Assembly (NCBI GenBank): GCA_963792895.1
Contig: CAWBYA010000008.1
Span: forward strand, 373,495-437,494
Source: an uncultured Acidimicrobiia bacterium
GTDB taxonomy: Bacteria; Actinomycetota; Acidimicrobiia; Spongiisociales; UBA5794
Direction: 5' to 3'
DNA length: 64,000 nt
Of this stretch, positions 1-9,399 are shown in pieces. Under the pieces are notes generated by a model. The model had not been told where the DNA came from. It saw nothing but the letters and a program-made list of their open reading frames with translations, and ran no database searches. Position 1 is the first letter of the stretch. The number at the start of each line of letters is the position of its first letter. The translations under genes were made by a program, and so were the position numbers.

Positions 1-121
1 CTGCACGCGACCAAACATCGGATTGGCGGACCCGCCGACCAAAGCGACGTTGTGCAAGAACATGCCATTGGCGACCATCGGCATGGAGGAGGTCGCCGAA
101 GACCAACGCTGCGGCGCTGCG

Positions 122-1399
122 TCACCCCTCCTGAGCCGGAATCACGCACTCGGGCCGGGCGCCGCCGCTACCGGCGAAGCCATCCCAGACTTCGGGGTCG
201 AAGCTGGGAGCCCCGCCGGGCTCATCGGTCGTGACGAAGCGCACGAGCGCCCGGTAGACCGCAGCGGCGTAGGCGTGCTGGAACTCAGGCGTACGCAGCA
301 GCTCGGCCTCGGTTGGGTTGTTGATGTACGCCCCTTCGGCAATCACGGTCGGCACGGTCGAAGCTTTGAGCACGCCGTAGTACTGGCTGACACCATCACG
401 CGGGCTGATGCGAGACTTGGCGCCCAGGAGAAGGGCGCCAACCCAGTCCGCCTCGAATTCGGTGAAGCCACGGCGAAACTCCTCGACGAGGAGCGTGGCC
501 AGACGACGTGAGGGCTCGTTGAGCGCCGCCTGCGACTGGTAGTAGACGTCGCTTCCCGGCAGCTCGGTCGCGACCTCCCACCCGGCGTTGTTGTGGATCG
601 CAATCATGGCGTGAGCGTTCGCTGCGTTCGCTACCGCAGCTCGGAAGTCGAGCCCGGCCTCGTAGTCGCCGGCCGCCCCCTCGCCGACGCGGGTCATTAT
701 CACCGTTCCGGCGGAGGGCACCTCGTCTCCGCTGAGAATGGTGCCGGTCTCCCAGTCGATGCTGTGCGGCTCGCCCAAGAGGTCGCGCACCCGATTGGCT
801 ATCTCGAGGTTGACGTCTTTCTCCAGGAGCCCATCCGGGCTGGAAGCGCCGATGTTCGACGGACCACCGTGGCCAGGATCGAGAACGATGACGGCGTTCG
901 AGAAGTCGAACCCGGCGCCGATTGTCGCCTCGGGTGCCGGCAGGAGCGCAGAGAGTTGGTCTGCACGCGCCCAAGCAACGCCGTCGCACGTGTGGAACAC
1001 CCTGACCCACCCTCGCTCGGCGCTCATCCCTCTGCCGGCAAACACGAGGCCTTCACGTGCTCGGGTGAAAGGCGGGCCATCCGGCGAGCTGGCGAGGTCG
1101 ACTCCTCCCGCGCCGGCGACTACCACCCCGGTGCCGTCGAAGCCTTCGGGCAGACCCGGCTTGGGAGGCGGAGGTGGGGGCGCGGGGCTCTCCGGGACCA
1201 CGACTGGGAGTGGAGCGAGGGTGGTGGTGGTGGTGGTCGTCGTCGTGGTCGTGATTGTCGTTGTGGTCGGCGCCACGGTCGTTGTCGATGACGTCGTCGG
1301 CGCCGCTGCGATCGTGGAGCCATCGCCTCGCGCCGCCATCACGGCTCCCGCAGCGACGAGCAGCACGGCGACTGCGACGGCGGAGAGTCGAGCGATCAC
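122..1399 (-). CDS. secreted N-acetylmuramoyl-L-alanine amidase (Amidase_3 family) with N-terminal signal peptide and poly-Thr/poly-Pro linker
   Basis: 425 aa ORF; motif VIVLDPGHGG...GLLEKDVNLEIANRVRDLL typical of MurNAc-L-Ala amidase catalytic domain; hydrophobic N-terminus; run of about 13 Thr followed by PPPPPP. Confidence 0.7.
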   Translation of the reverse strand: MIARLSAVAVAVLLVAAGAVMAARGDGSTIAAAPTTSSTTTVAPTTTTITTTTTTTTTTTLAPLPVVVPESPAPPPPPPKPGLPEGFDGTGVVVAGAGGVDLASSPDGPPFTRAREGLVFAGRGMSAERGWVRVFHTCDGVAWARADQLSALLPAPEATIGAGFDFSNAVIVLDPGHGGPSNIGASSPDGLLEKDVNLEIANRVRDLLGEPHSIDWETGTILSGDEVPSAGTVIMTRVGEGAAGDYEAGLDFRAAVANAANAHAMIAIHNNAGWEVATELPGSDVYYQSQAALNEPSRRLATLLVEEFRRGFTEFEADWVGALLLGAKSRISPRDGVSQYYGVLKASTVPTVIAEGAYINNPTEAELLRTPEFQHAYAAAVYRALVRFVTTDEPGGAPSFDPEVWDGFAGSGGARPECVIPAQEG

Positions 1400-2565
1400 G
1401 GTTGGGCAGGTATCACGCAGGCGGACGAATTCACAGTCCCTGCGTCGTCGGGGAACAGCTCTGGTTCCTGGATGCCCGTGCCGGTCTCCGTCGTGGTGAG
1501 GAACCGGACGATCCCCCGGTACACGCCTTCTGCATATGACTGGCGGAACTCCTCGGTCTCCAACAGCGCCTCCTCGTCGGGCTGGTCGATATAGACGCCC
1601 TCGACGATGACGGCCGGCATCTCGGCTCGCCGAAGGAGGCCGTAGTAGTCCCCACTGGTGTCCGGATCCACGCGAGCTCGAGCGCCCAGCAGGTCTCCGC
1701 CCTTCCAGTCGGCGGTGTAGCTCGAGAAGCTTCGCAGCAACTCCTCGTAGATCAGCGAGGCGAGGCGAGCGGACTCTTCGACAGACACGGAGTAGAAGAC
1801 CTCGGTACCCGGAATATCGGTGTCGATACGCGGGACCGTGTTGTTGTGGATCGATACGAGCGCGTCCGCGCCGGCCGCATTGGCCAACTCGGCGCGGAAA
1901 GCGAGACCGAGCTCGAAATCCCCCTCGTTCGGGCCCGAGCGGTCACGGGTGAGCCATACCTCACCAAAGGCGGGGACGCCTGTCCCGACGGAGATGACGC
2001 CTGTTTGCCAGTCGACCGCCCGCTCTGCGCTCATCAGCTCGCGAACCCGCTCTGCGATGTCGAGATTGACGCGCTTCTCAGCGAGTCCATTGGGCCCGAC
2101 GCCACCCCAGTCACGGTCACCGTGGCCAGGGTCGAGCACGATGACGGCCTGTGAGATGTCGAAGCCGGGGCCGGGCACCCCGCCAACGGTCGAGTGCGGA
2201 GTGACCTCGACGTCTGCTTCCTCGACCCAGGCGACATCGTTGCAGGTGGTGACTACCTCGAGCCAGCCGTCCTGACGGGCCGTGAAGCCCATGACGATGC
2301 CTTCGTGCGCCAGGATGAACGGAGCATCGCCGGGGGCTTCCGCCAGCGCGGCTCCGCCGACCGGGATCAGCACCACACCTTCAGATGCCGGACCGGGAGC
2401 CTCGGTTGTCGTCGTGGTGGACGCTGCGATCACTCCCTGCGCCTTGGTGGATGTCGGCTCGCCGGCGCCCATGACGGCGTCGCCCGTCGTGACATCAACG
2501 GATGCGCATCCACTCGCCGTTGCGGCGACAACGAGCGCGGCGATGAGAGATGAGCGGCGAAACAT
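1396..2565 (-). CDS. secreted N-acetylmuramoyl-L-alanine amidase, tandem paralog of the preceding gene
   Basis: 389 aa ORF; VIVLDPGHGDRDWGG...GLAEKRVNLDIAERVRELM; signal peptide plus lipobox-like ASGCAS; C-terminus CVIPAQP similar to neighbour; 4-nt overlap with downstream paralog. Confidence 0.7.
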   Translation of the reverse strand: MFRRSSLIAALVVAATASGCASVDVTTGDAVMGAGEPTSTKAQGVIAASTTTTTEAPGPASEGVVLIPVGGAALAEAPGDAPFILAHEGIVMGFTARQDGWLEVVTTCNDVAWVEEADVEVTPHSTVGGVPGPGFDISQAVIVLDPGHGDRDWGGVGPNGLAEKRVNLDIAERVRELMSAERAVDWQTGVISVGTGVPAFGEVWLTRDRSGPNEGDFELGLAFRAELANAAGADALVSIHNNTVPRIDTDIPGTEVFYSVSVEESARLASLIYEELLRSFSSYTADWKGGDLLGARARVDPDTSGDYYGLLRRAEMPAVIVEGVYIDQPDEEALLETEEFRQSYAEGVYRGIVRFLTTTETGTGIQEPELFPDDAGTVNSSACVIPAQP

Positions 2566-2631
2566 GGATCTCGATCCGGGATGACAGGTCCGGCGCCGAT
2601 TATCTCATCGCGTGGGCACAACCCTGCGCAT

Positions 2632-4209
2632 TCAGACCCGCCGAGTGACCGACTTCATCTCCATGAAGAGCCGGAGGTAGTCGGGGCCGCCCGCTTTGGC
2701 GTTTGAGCCCGACATCTTGAACCCGCCGAAGGGTTGGATACCCACCAGCGCACCGGTGATCTTCCGGTTGATGTAGAGGTTGCCGACATGGAAGTCGCGA
2801 CGAGCCCTCTCGATTCGGGTCTCGTCCTGCGAGTAGAGCCCGCCCGTGAGACCGAACTCTGTGTCATTGGCGATCATGAGCGCATCTTCGAAGTCGGCCG
2901 CCTTGATCACGGACAGCACCGGTCCGAATATCTCATGCTGGGCAAGCCGGGCGCGCCGATCGACGTCCGCAAAGATCGTCGGCTCCAGGTAGTAGCCACC
3001 GTCGAGGTCGACAGGATCCCCCCCGACGATGAGCCGCCCCTCGCGCTTCCCGCGGTCGATCTCTTCGAGAATCGCCGTGTACTGCGCGGCGGAGATGACA
3101 GGGCCAACGGCGGTATTGGCCTCGGGCGAGCCGATCTCGAGCGCCTGGGTGCGGGCTACGACTTCGTCGAGCAATGCGTCGTGCACCGCATCGACTGCGA
3201 TGAGCCTGCTGCAGGCGGAGCATTTCTGACCTTGGAACCCGTAGGCACTGCGAACGATGCCGTCTGCCGCAGCAGCCAGGTCGGCAGTCTCGTCCACGAT
3301 GATGGCGTCCTTGCCACCCATCTCCATGTAGGCGCGCTTCAGCCAGCGCTGGCCGGGCTGGATCGCTGCGGCCCGCTGAGCGATGCGCAGGCCGACCTCC
3401 TTCGAGCCGGTGAAGTTCACGAACCGCGTGCTCGGATGGTCGACGAGGGTGTCCCCTATCTCGCCGCCGGGCCCCGGCAGGAAGTTGATGACCCCGGCAG
3501 GCAGACCGGCCTCGGCAACCATGTCCATGAACCGAGACCCAACGACGGGGGTGTTCGAGGCGGGCTTCAGCACGACGGTGTTGCCGGCTGCGACCGGACC
3601 GACCGTCATTCCGACCAGGATCGCAACGGGGAAGTTCCACGGCGGAATGGCCACACCCGCACCCATTGGTATGAGGAAAGACTCGTTCGTCTCTCCCGGG
3701 TAGCCGTACAGCGGCACCGGCTCGGCCAACGCGAGGGCTTGGTGGGCGTAGTAGCGGCAGAAGTCGATCGCCTCGGCAACGTCGGCTTCGGATTCGGCGA
3801 AGTTCTTACCCGCCTCGAGCGTCATCCATGCGGCCAGCTCCAGCTTGCGCTCCGCAATCACGTCGCCGATGCGGTGAACCAGTTCGGCGCGCCGCTCCGC
3901 CGGCGTCGCCGCCCACGCCGGGAACGCATCCCATGCCGCCTCGAGGGCTCGCACGGCCGTCGAGGCGTCACCCGACCCGGCCTGTCCGATCACCTCGTCA
4001 GGTCTGGCCGGGTTCACAGAGGCGATCGTGCGTGCGGTCGTCACCGCCTCGCCTGCGATCACCACTGGTGCGGGAGCACCCAGGTCCCGCCGTACCGTGG
4101 CGAGTGCCGTCGCATACGCCGCCGCAGCGTCGGGATCGGTGAAGTCGGAGTACGGCTCCGGGGTGTAGGGCTCGAGCACGGTGGTCTCCTCGGCGGGGGG
4201 ATGATCCAC
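2632..4209 (-). CDS. pruA: L-glutamate gamma-semialdehyde (1-pyrroline-5-carboxylate) dehydrogenase
   Basis: 525 aa aldehyde dehydrogenase; motifs FTGSKEVG, EMGGKDAIIV, FGFQGQKCSACSRL; length and N-terminus typical of actinobacterial PruA/RocA. Confidence 0.8.
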   Translation of the reverse strand: MDHPPAEETTVLEPYTPEPYSDFTDPDAAAAYATALATVRRDLGAPAPVVIAGEAVTTARTIASVNPARPDEVIGQAGSGDASTAVRALEAAWDAFPAWAATPAERRAELVHRIGDVIAERKLELAAWMTLEAGKNFAESEADVAEAIDFCRYYAHQALALAEPVPLYGYPGETNESFLIPMGAGVAIPPWNFPVAILVGMTVGPVAAGNTVVLKPASNTPVVGSRFMDMVAEAGLPAGVINFLPGPGGEIGDTLVDHPSTRFVNFTGSKEVGLRIAQRAAAIQPGQRWLKRAYMEMGGKDAIIVDETADLAAAADGIVRSAYGFQGQKCSACSRLIAVDAVHDALLDEVVARTQALEIGSPEANTAVGPVISAAQYTAILEEIDRGKREGRLIVGGDPVDLDGGYYLEPTIFADVDRRARLAQHEIFGPVLSVIKAADFEDALMIANDTEFGLTGGLYSQDETRIERARRDFHVGNLYINRKITGALVGIQPFGGFKMSGSNAKAGGPDYLRLFMEMKSVTRRV

Positions 4210-4236
4210 AGGGAGGTTACCGCCGGCCGCCGTGGC

Positions 4237-4878
4237 TCACGAGGCGGCCAGCAGTTCAACCACCTCGCCATCGCTGGTCTGGGTGAAGTCGTCGTACCAC
4301 GCACCGACCGCATCAAACCGAACAGGCTGAAGAGGACACACCACGGCGTCGCAGTGCCCGGCCAGCATCTCTACGGAATCGGGAGGCGCCACCGGAACGG
4401 CGCACACGAGCCGAGAAGGCTGTCTGGTCTGCATCGCTTGGAGCACCGAGGCCAGCGTCGCGCCGGTTGCGACACCGTCGTCGACCACGACCACCGGACG
4501 TCCGGCGATCGGCGCCGCCTTGCGACCCTGCCGATACCGGGAGGCTCGTCGAGCAATCTCAGCCTGAGCTCGGGCGACGGCTTCCTCCACCCAGTCATCG
4601 TCGAGCCGCAGCCTGGCGAGGAGCGGGTGATTCAGCCACACAGCCCCACCCTCTGCAACCGCGCCGACGGCCAGCTCGGGGTTGGACGGTGCGCCGAGCT
4701 TGCGAGCCAGCGCAACGTCGAGCGGCAAGCCCAGACGATGTGCCACTGTCGCGGCAACGACAACTCCCCCGCGGGGGATGCCGAGTACGAGCGCTCCCTC
4801 GGCGACGATCTCCGGCGCAGCGACGAGCACTGCATCCGCGAGCGCATCGCCTGCCGCTTCCCGGTTTCGGTACCGCAT
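4237..4878 (-). CDS. phosphoribosyltransferase-domain protein
   Basis: PRTase type I motif VVVVDDGVATGATLASV and N-terminal LVLGIPRGGVVVAATVAHRLGLPLD; start placed at internal Met (MRYRNREAAGDALA) to avoid 5-prime overlap with divergent gene. Confidence 0.6.
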   Translation of the reverse strand: MRYRNREAAGDALADAVLVAAPEIVAEGALVLGIPRGGVVVAATVAHRLGLPLDVALARKLGAPSNPELAVGAVAEGGAVWLNHPLLARLRLDDDWVEEAVARAQAEIARRASRYRQGRKAAPIAGRPVVVVDDGVATGATLASVLQAMQTRQPSRLVCAVPVAPPDSVEMLAGHCDAVVCPLQPVRFDAVGAWYDDFTQTSDGEVVELLAAS

Positions 4879-4912
4879 TTCCTCACGGTACCTGACGGTT
4901 AGCCTGGATTCG

Positions 4913-5848
4913 ATGCGCCGCCTCCTCCTCATCGCCAACCCGTCGGCATCGGCATTCACGGGAGCCCTGCACCGACGGGTCGTCGGCGACCTGAGCGAAG
5001 CGTTCGAGGTTGCCCCGGCCTGGCCCTCGACACCCGCTGAGGCACGTCAGCTCGCAGCGGAGGCGGCCTTTGATGGATATGACGTCGTGGTGGCAATGGG
5101 CGGAGACGGGGTCGTCCACCACGTTGCCAACGGCATCGCCAGGACCAACACGGCACTTGGCATCGTGCCCGCCGGAACGACGAACGTCGTTGCCCGCATC
5201 GTCGGCCTGCCGTCAAAGCCCGCCAAGGCGGCGCTGGCGCTCGCGGCCGCCGAGGTGACGACTGTGCCGCTTGCCCACCTGGCGACCGATTCGCTCGGCG
5301 GCGCACGCTCGGAGTTCGGGGTCTTCGCGGCAGGCATCGGGTACGACGCCGAGATGGTGCAGATCGCAGAACAACGCCCGGCGTCCAAGTACTACTTCGG
5401 GTCCGTGCACTATGCCCGATCGGCGGCGGCGGCGCTGCTGTCGCGCTTCCGCACCAGGGCCCCGAACCTCAGGGTGGACTGCGACGGCGACCGGGTCGAT
5501 GCCGTATCCGTGATGGTGCAGGTCCACGATCCGTACACGTACTTCGGCAAGATGCCGCTCAGGCTGTCGCCGTCACCCGGCCCGGGGCTGACGGTGCTTG
5601 CGATCGAGTCGCTGGCCCTCCCGCGAGCCGTTGCGGTCTTGGGCCGCGCTACGTGGGGCCGGGATCTCACCCGCATCCCAGGGATGCATGTGTGGCACAA
5701 TCCGGCCAAGCTCATCATCGAGGCCGACCCGCGAAGTAGCTTCCAGGCCGACGGTGAGCTGCTCGGCTCGGCCGATTGGCTCGAGGTGACACCCGTCCCC
5801 GCCGGTCTGCGGGTCCTCACCCCTGTGGAGGCGGCGTCCGATCGATGA
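4913..5848 (+). CDS. diacylglycerol-kinase-catalytic-domain lipid kinase (YegS/DagK-like)
   Basis: MRRLLLIANPSAS...DVVVAMGGDGVVHHVANGI...LGIVPAGTTNV: DAGK_cat signature; start chosen at atg 4913. Confidence 0.65.
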   Translation: MRRLLLIANPSASAFTGALHRRVVGDLSEAFEVAPAWPSTPAEARQLAAEAAFDGYDVVVAMGGDGVVHHVANGIARTNTALGIVPAGTTNVVARIVGLPSKPAKAALALAAAEVTTVPLAHLATDSLGGARSEFGVFAAGIGYDAEMVQIAEQRPASKYYFGSVHYARSAAAALLSRFRTRAPNLRVDCDGDRVDAVSVMVQVHDPYTYFGKMPLRLSPSPGPGLTVLAIESLALPRAVAVLGRATWGRDLTRIPGMHVWHNPAKLIIEADPRSSFQADGELLGSADWLEVTPVPAGLRVLTPVEAASDR

Positions 5849-6680
5849 GCTCGATGTGTGGATACGGGATCGAGATCCCGTCTGCATCGAACCGCTTCTT
5901 GATCCGACGAAGAAACTCGCGCCTCGACGACCAGCGAAACGCCGGATGGACCTTGAACATGAGGCGAATCACGATGGCCGAGTCGTCGAAGCGCTCGACG
6001 CCGAGCATTTCGGGGGGGTCGAGAAAGGCGGACGCCCACTCGGGGTCGGCAACGAACCGGTTCACCTCGTCGGTGATCACGTCGATGGCCCGATCGACGT
6101 TCGTCTCATACGACACACCCAGATCGATCACCACCTGACTGAACTCCTGGGTCAGGTTGGACGCCACGGTCACTTGACCGTTGGGGACGTGGTGAACGTT
6201 CCCGTCCAAGTCGCGCAGCACAGTCGTGCGCAACCGGATCGCCTCGACCTTGCCCGATACGCCGCCAATCCTCACGACGTCGTCGATGCCGTACTGATCC
6301 TCGGCGATGATGAACAGGCCGGCAATGACATCCTTCACGAGGTCCTGCGCCCCGAATCCGATCGCAACGCCGACAACAGACCCCACCGCCAGGAAGGGGC
6401 CAATCGGAACGCCCCACACGTCGAGGAGCAACAGCACCAGAGCGACGCCGAGCAGGATCAGGACGAACATACGCGCCACGACCCAGAGCGTCCTGATGCG
6501 TTGGGCTCGCTCGTCTCCCCGTACGCCGCCCTCGCTGCTGGCGCGTGCGACGAGCCTCTTCATCAGGCGGTGGCCGCCGCGCCTCAGCACGAGCCACACC
6601 ACGAGCAGCATGGCAACGACGACGGCCGACTGGATGAGACCCTCCCGCAGCGGCGGCGCAGCCGCGATCAGCACCGTCAT
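5817..6680 (-). CDS. small-conductance mechanosensitive channel (MscS family)
   Basis: 287 aa; three N-terminal TM helices then MscS beta-domain signature DVVRIGGVSGKVEAIRLRTTVLRDLDGNVHHVPNG. Confidence 0.75.
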   Translation of the reverse strand: MTVLIAAAPPLREGLIQSAVVVAMLLVVWLVLRRGGHRLMKRLVARASSEGGVRGDERAQRIRTLWVVARMFVLILLGVALVLLLLDVWGVPIGPFLAVGSVVGVAIGFGAQDLVKDVIAGLFIIAEDQYGIDDVVRIGGVSGKVEAIRLRTTVLRDLDGNVHHVPNGQVTVASNLTQEFSQVVIDLGVSYETNVDRAIDVITDEVNRFVADPEWASAFLDPPEMLGVERFDDSAIVIRLMFKVHPAFRWSSRREFLRRIKKRFDADGISIPYPHIELIDRTPPPQG

Positions 6681-7864
6681 CGGACTGTGGCCCCGTAGCG
6701 GCGCCCAAGCTGGCGAGCCCCGATGTGCGTGAGGGCGACGAGCGCCGCGAAGCGGCTGCGCCGCGCAACGATGACGCCCATCGGCGCGCCGATCCGCTCG
6801 TCGAGCCTGCTTCTGGCCCCCGCAACATCGCCTGCGTCGACCGCAACCTGCGCCATTCTCACGATGTCATCTACCTCCTCTGTGTCGAATCGACCGCGCA
6901 GCTCGACTGCGAGGAGGCCGCCGACCTCGGCTGCCGTCGCTGCAATCAGGTCCTCAATGCGGCACAACGCATCTTCGCCCGGCGAGCCGGCGTCGGCATC
7001 GATCGCGGCCAAAGCCGATTCTCTCGTCGCCGTCCAACGCTCATCGAGGCCGATCGCAGCGCCTTGCCACACGCCGGACGACTCTCCCACCATTTGAACC
7101 AAGCCTGCGATGTCCGACAGGAGCTTGCCATGAGCGGTGCGTTTTCTGTCGATCTGCGTGCCGAGGAAGGCCACCAGCGGCTCCACCGCCGCTGGGGAGC
7201 CGGACGGCGGATCAGCCGCGAGAGGAAACACGATCGGATCGAAGTACCCACGATCGATGAGGGTCTCACGGACGCTGGAGAGCACGTTGGCGACGTCGTC
7301 GCCGGCGATACGATCGACCTTGTTGAGCACGAAGACGGTCTGGTCGGCATACCTGGCGAGAGGCGTCAGAAAGTCACGGTGGAGCGTTGAGTCGTGGTAC
7401 TTCTCCGGGTCGAGGACCCAGATCACGGCATCGACGTTGGCGATCACACGTTCCGTCGTGCGGCGGTGATGGCCCTCCACGGAATCCATGTCGGGGAGGT
7501 CGATGAGCGTGAGGCCGGGGAGCCGGGCTTGTGTCCTCAGGTCGGTGACACCCAACTCCGTGAGGAGATGCCCCGCAGAGGAGCTCGCATCCTCGGCAAC
7601 CCAGGCCAGCGGCTCGTCCGTATGCGGCCGGAGCCGGCTCACCGACGCAATCCTCTCGGCTGCGATTGCGTTGAGGAGGCTGGACTTGCCCGTCCCGGTG
7701 CCTCCCGCCAGAGCCACGAACAGCGTTGATCCGAGACCCCCAACCCGACGTCGCATGAGGTCGAGGGTTGTTCGGGCACGGGCGATATCTGCCGGCGGGG
7801 CGATCCCCTCGCCGCTCTCGACGAGCTGGTCGAGGGCGTCGTACAGCTCCGAGATGTCACGCAT
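6677..7864 (-). CDS. dynamin-family / YeeP-like GTPase (second of an overlapping pair)
   Basis: P-loop LAGGTGTGKSSLLNAI, G4 NKVD, long helical C-terminal region; 8-nt overlap with upstream paralogous GTPase. Confidence 0.55.
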   Translation of the reverse strand: MRDISELYDALDQLVESGEGIAPPADIARARTTLDLMRRRVGGLGSTLFVALAGGTGTGKSSLLNAIAAERIASVSRLRPHTDEPLAWVAEDASSSAGHLLTELGVTDLRTQARLPGLTLIDLPDMDSVEGHHRRTTERVIANVDAVIWVLDPEKYHDSTLHRDFLTPLARYADQTVFVLNKVDRIAGDDVANVLSSVRETLIDRGYFDPIVFPLAADPPSGSPAAVEPLVAFLGTQIDRKRTAHGKLLSDIAGLVQMVGESSGVWQGAAIGLDERWTATRESALAAIDADAGSPGEDALCRIEDLIAATAAEVGGLLAVELRGRFDTEEVDDIVRMAQVAVDAGDVAGARSRLDERIGAPMGVIVARRSRFAALVALTHIGARQLGRRYGATVR

Positions 7865-9341
7865 TGGCGGCCTCGGCTGGGTCTGTCGCTTCTGGGTCTG
7901 GAGTCGCCATCAGCTCGCTACCGATGCTCTCGACGTTGAGTGGGCCCGTGAGCTCTGTCAGCTCCGCAATCGCGTCCGGCCCCGGATACTGCCCGAGCTG
8001 GACCTGGAACCGTTGCTCATCGTCGCGGACGATCTCGGCAGCCATCTCAGCCAGCCTGCGCTTCGCGGCCGCCACAGCTGGATCGACACCCCCCTTGAGC
8101 CTGCGCCGGATACGCCACTTGATCCTGGCCGGGTCACCGAGCGCCCGCTGCATGACGGCCATACGAGTATCTCTCGCTCGCTCGGGCGACATCGCCCGCT
8201 TGGACTGCTCCTCGACGACGGCAGCGACCTCGACCTCCCATCGCAACAGACGGATGCGAGCGTCCGTTGCTGCACCGGCGGCGTGACGCCACAGTCCCTG
8301 ACCTTGGCTCTCGAGGAGCTCGCCGCCGCCGGGCATCCGGAACCAGGCGGACGCAGTACGGCCTGCGGCTGCACCGATCTCTCGTGTGATGACGGCGGCC
8401 AGCCGCTCGGCACGTACCGGCCAGGCGGTCTCATTGGACGATGCCAAAGCGGCGGCCACCAACTCGGCAACCGCCTCCGCGGTTCTCTCATACTCGCTGT
8501 TCGCTGCAGCGGCTAGATCGGCCCGTGCCGTTCGCAATGCGTCAAACGGCCGAACGAGACCTGCTGCGATCCGCAGAATGGCGCCTTCGCGGGCTGCGAT
8601 AGCGTCGTCGAGCATCCGGTCACGAGCCGGGCCGTGGAGGTCGACCAGCGCTTCGTCGAGGCCGCCCAGCCCGGTGGTGTCTTCTCCAATCGTGAAGATC
8701 GGCAGCGAGCGCCCGGCGGCGGCGAGACGTGCCTCGAAGTCGGCAACGACCTCGTCCCCGGTCCCGATCGTCCGGTTGAGCACCACCCAGCACGGGATTC
8801 CGAGGCCGTCCAACCAGTCCAGGAGCGACCATGTGGCGTTGTCGGCATAGCGAGCAGGCGTGACGACGACGATCACCAGATCGGCGAGGCTGAGCGCGCG
8901 GTGACTCGGGGCACCGACGCTGTCCGCGGGCATGTCGATGAGGGTCGCCCGCTCCGTGATGATCCCGTGGTCGCGACGGAAGCGCACCGGGGCCGCCGAG
9001 GCGCGCATCCTGCGCTCGACGTCCTTGCGCGTACCTTCCTCGAGGCGAGTGGAGATGATTGCGACAGGGGACGTGGTCGTGGGTCGCGTCGCACCCTCGG
9101 GGCTGTGCTGCTCGCTCGTGATCCGGTTGGCGAGATAGGACTTGCCCGCACCGCCCGGACCCGCAATCGCAACGATGAGAGGCGTGTCGGGCCGGTCGAG
9201 ACGGGGGAGGATGTAGCCCGTGACGCTCCGGACGACGTCGCGCCGCGCCTGGTCGGCTGCGCGATCCGGGAGCGGCATGCCGTCGAGCAGCTGCGCCAGG
9301 CGTTTGAGCCGTACCCTCTCCTCCGACAACACTGCGCGCAT
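7857..9341 (-). CDS. dynamin-family GTPase (first of an overlapping pair)
   Basis: P-loop IAGPGGAGKSYLANRI, VVLNRT, helical C-terminus; start set at atg 9339-9341 (MRAVLSEERVRL) because upstream part of the 821-aa ORF runs through mca in another frame. Confidence 0.55.
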   Translation of the reverse strand: MRAVLSEERVRLKRLAQLLDGMPLPDRAADQARRDVVRSVTGYILPRLDRPDTPLIVAIAGPGGAGKSYLANRITSEQHSPEGATRPTTTSPVAIISTRLEEGTRKDVERRMRASAAPVRFRRDHGIITERATLIDMPADSVGAPSHRALSLADLVIVVVTPARYADNATWSLLDWLDGLGIPCWVVLNRTIGTGDEVVADFEARLAAAGRSLPIFTIGEDTTGLGGLDEALVDLHGPARDRMLDDAIAAREGAILRIAAGLVRPFDALRTARADLAAAANSEYERTAEAVAELVAAALASSNETAWPVRAERLAAVITREIGAAAGRTASAWFRMPGGGELLESQGQGLWRHAAGAATDARIRLLRWEVEVAAVVEEQSKRAMSPERARDTRMAVMQRALGDPARIKWRIRRRLKGGVDPAVAAAKRRLAEMAAEIVRDDEQRFQVQLGQYPGPDAIAELTELTGPLNVESIGSELMATPDPEATDPAEAANA

Positions 9342-9399
9342 GCAGCCGATTACACCACACCTCGCGCGGTGGGGATGGTCACGTTGTGCGCATGAGGCC

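Noticed and set aside
23-511. 162-aa plus-strand ORF at window start
   Set aside because: Overlaps the C-terminal half of the amidase gene on the opposite strand. No motifs.
2734-4902. 722-aa plus-strand ORF
   Set aside because: Antisense to pruA and the PRTase gene. No motifs. GC artefact.
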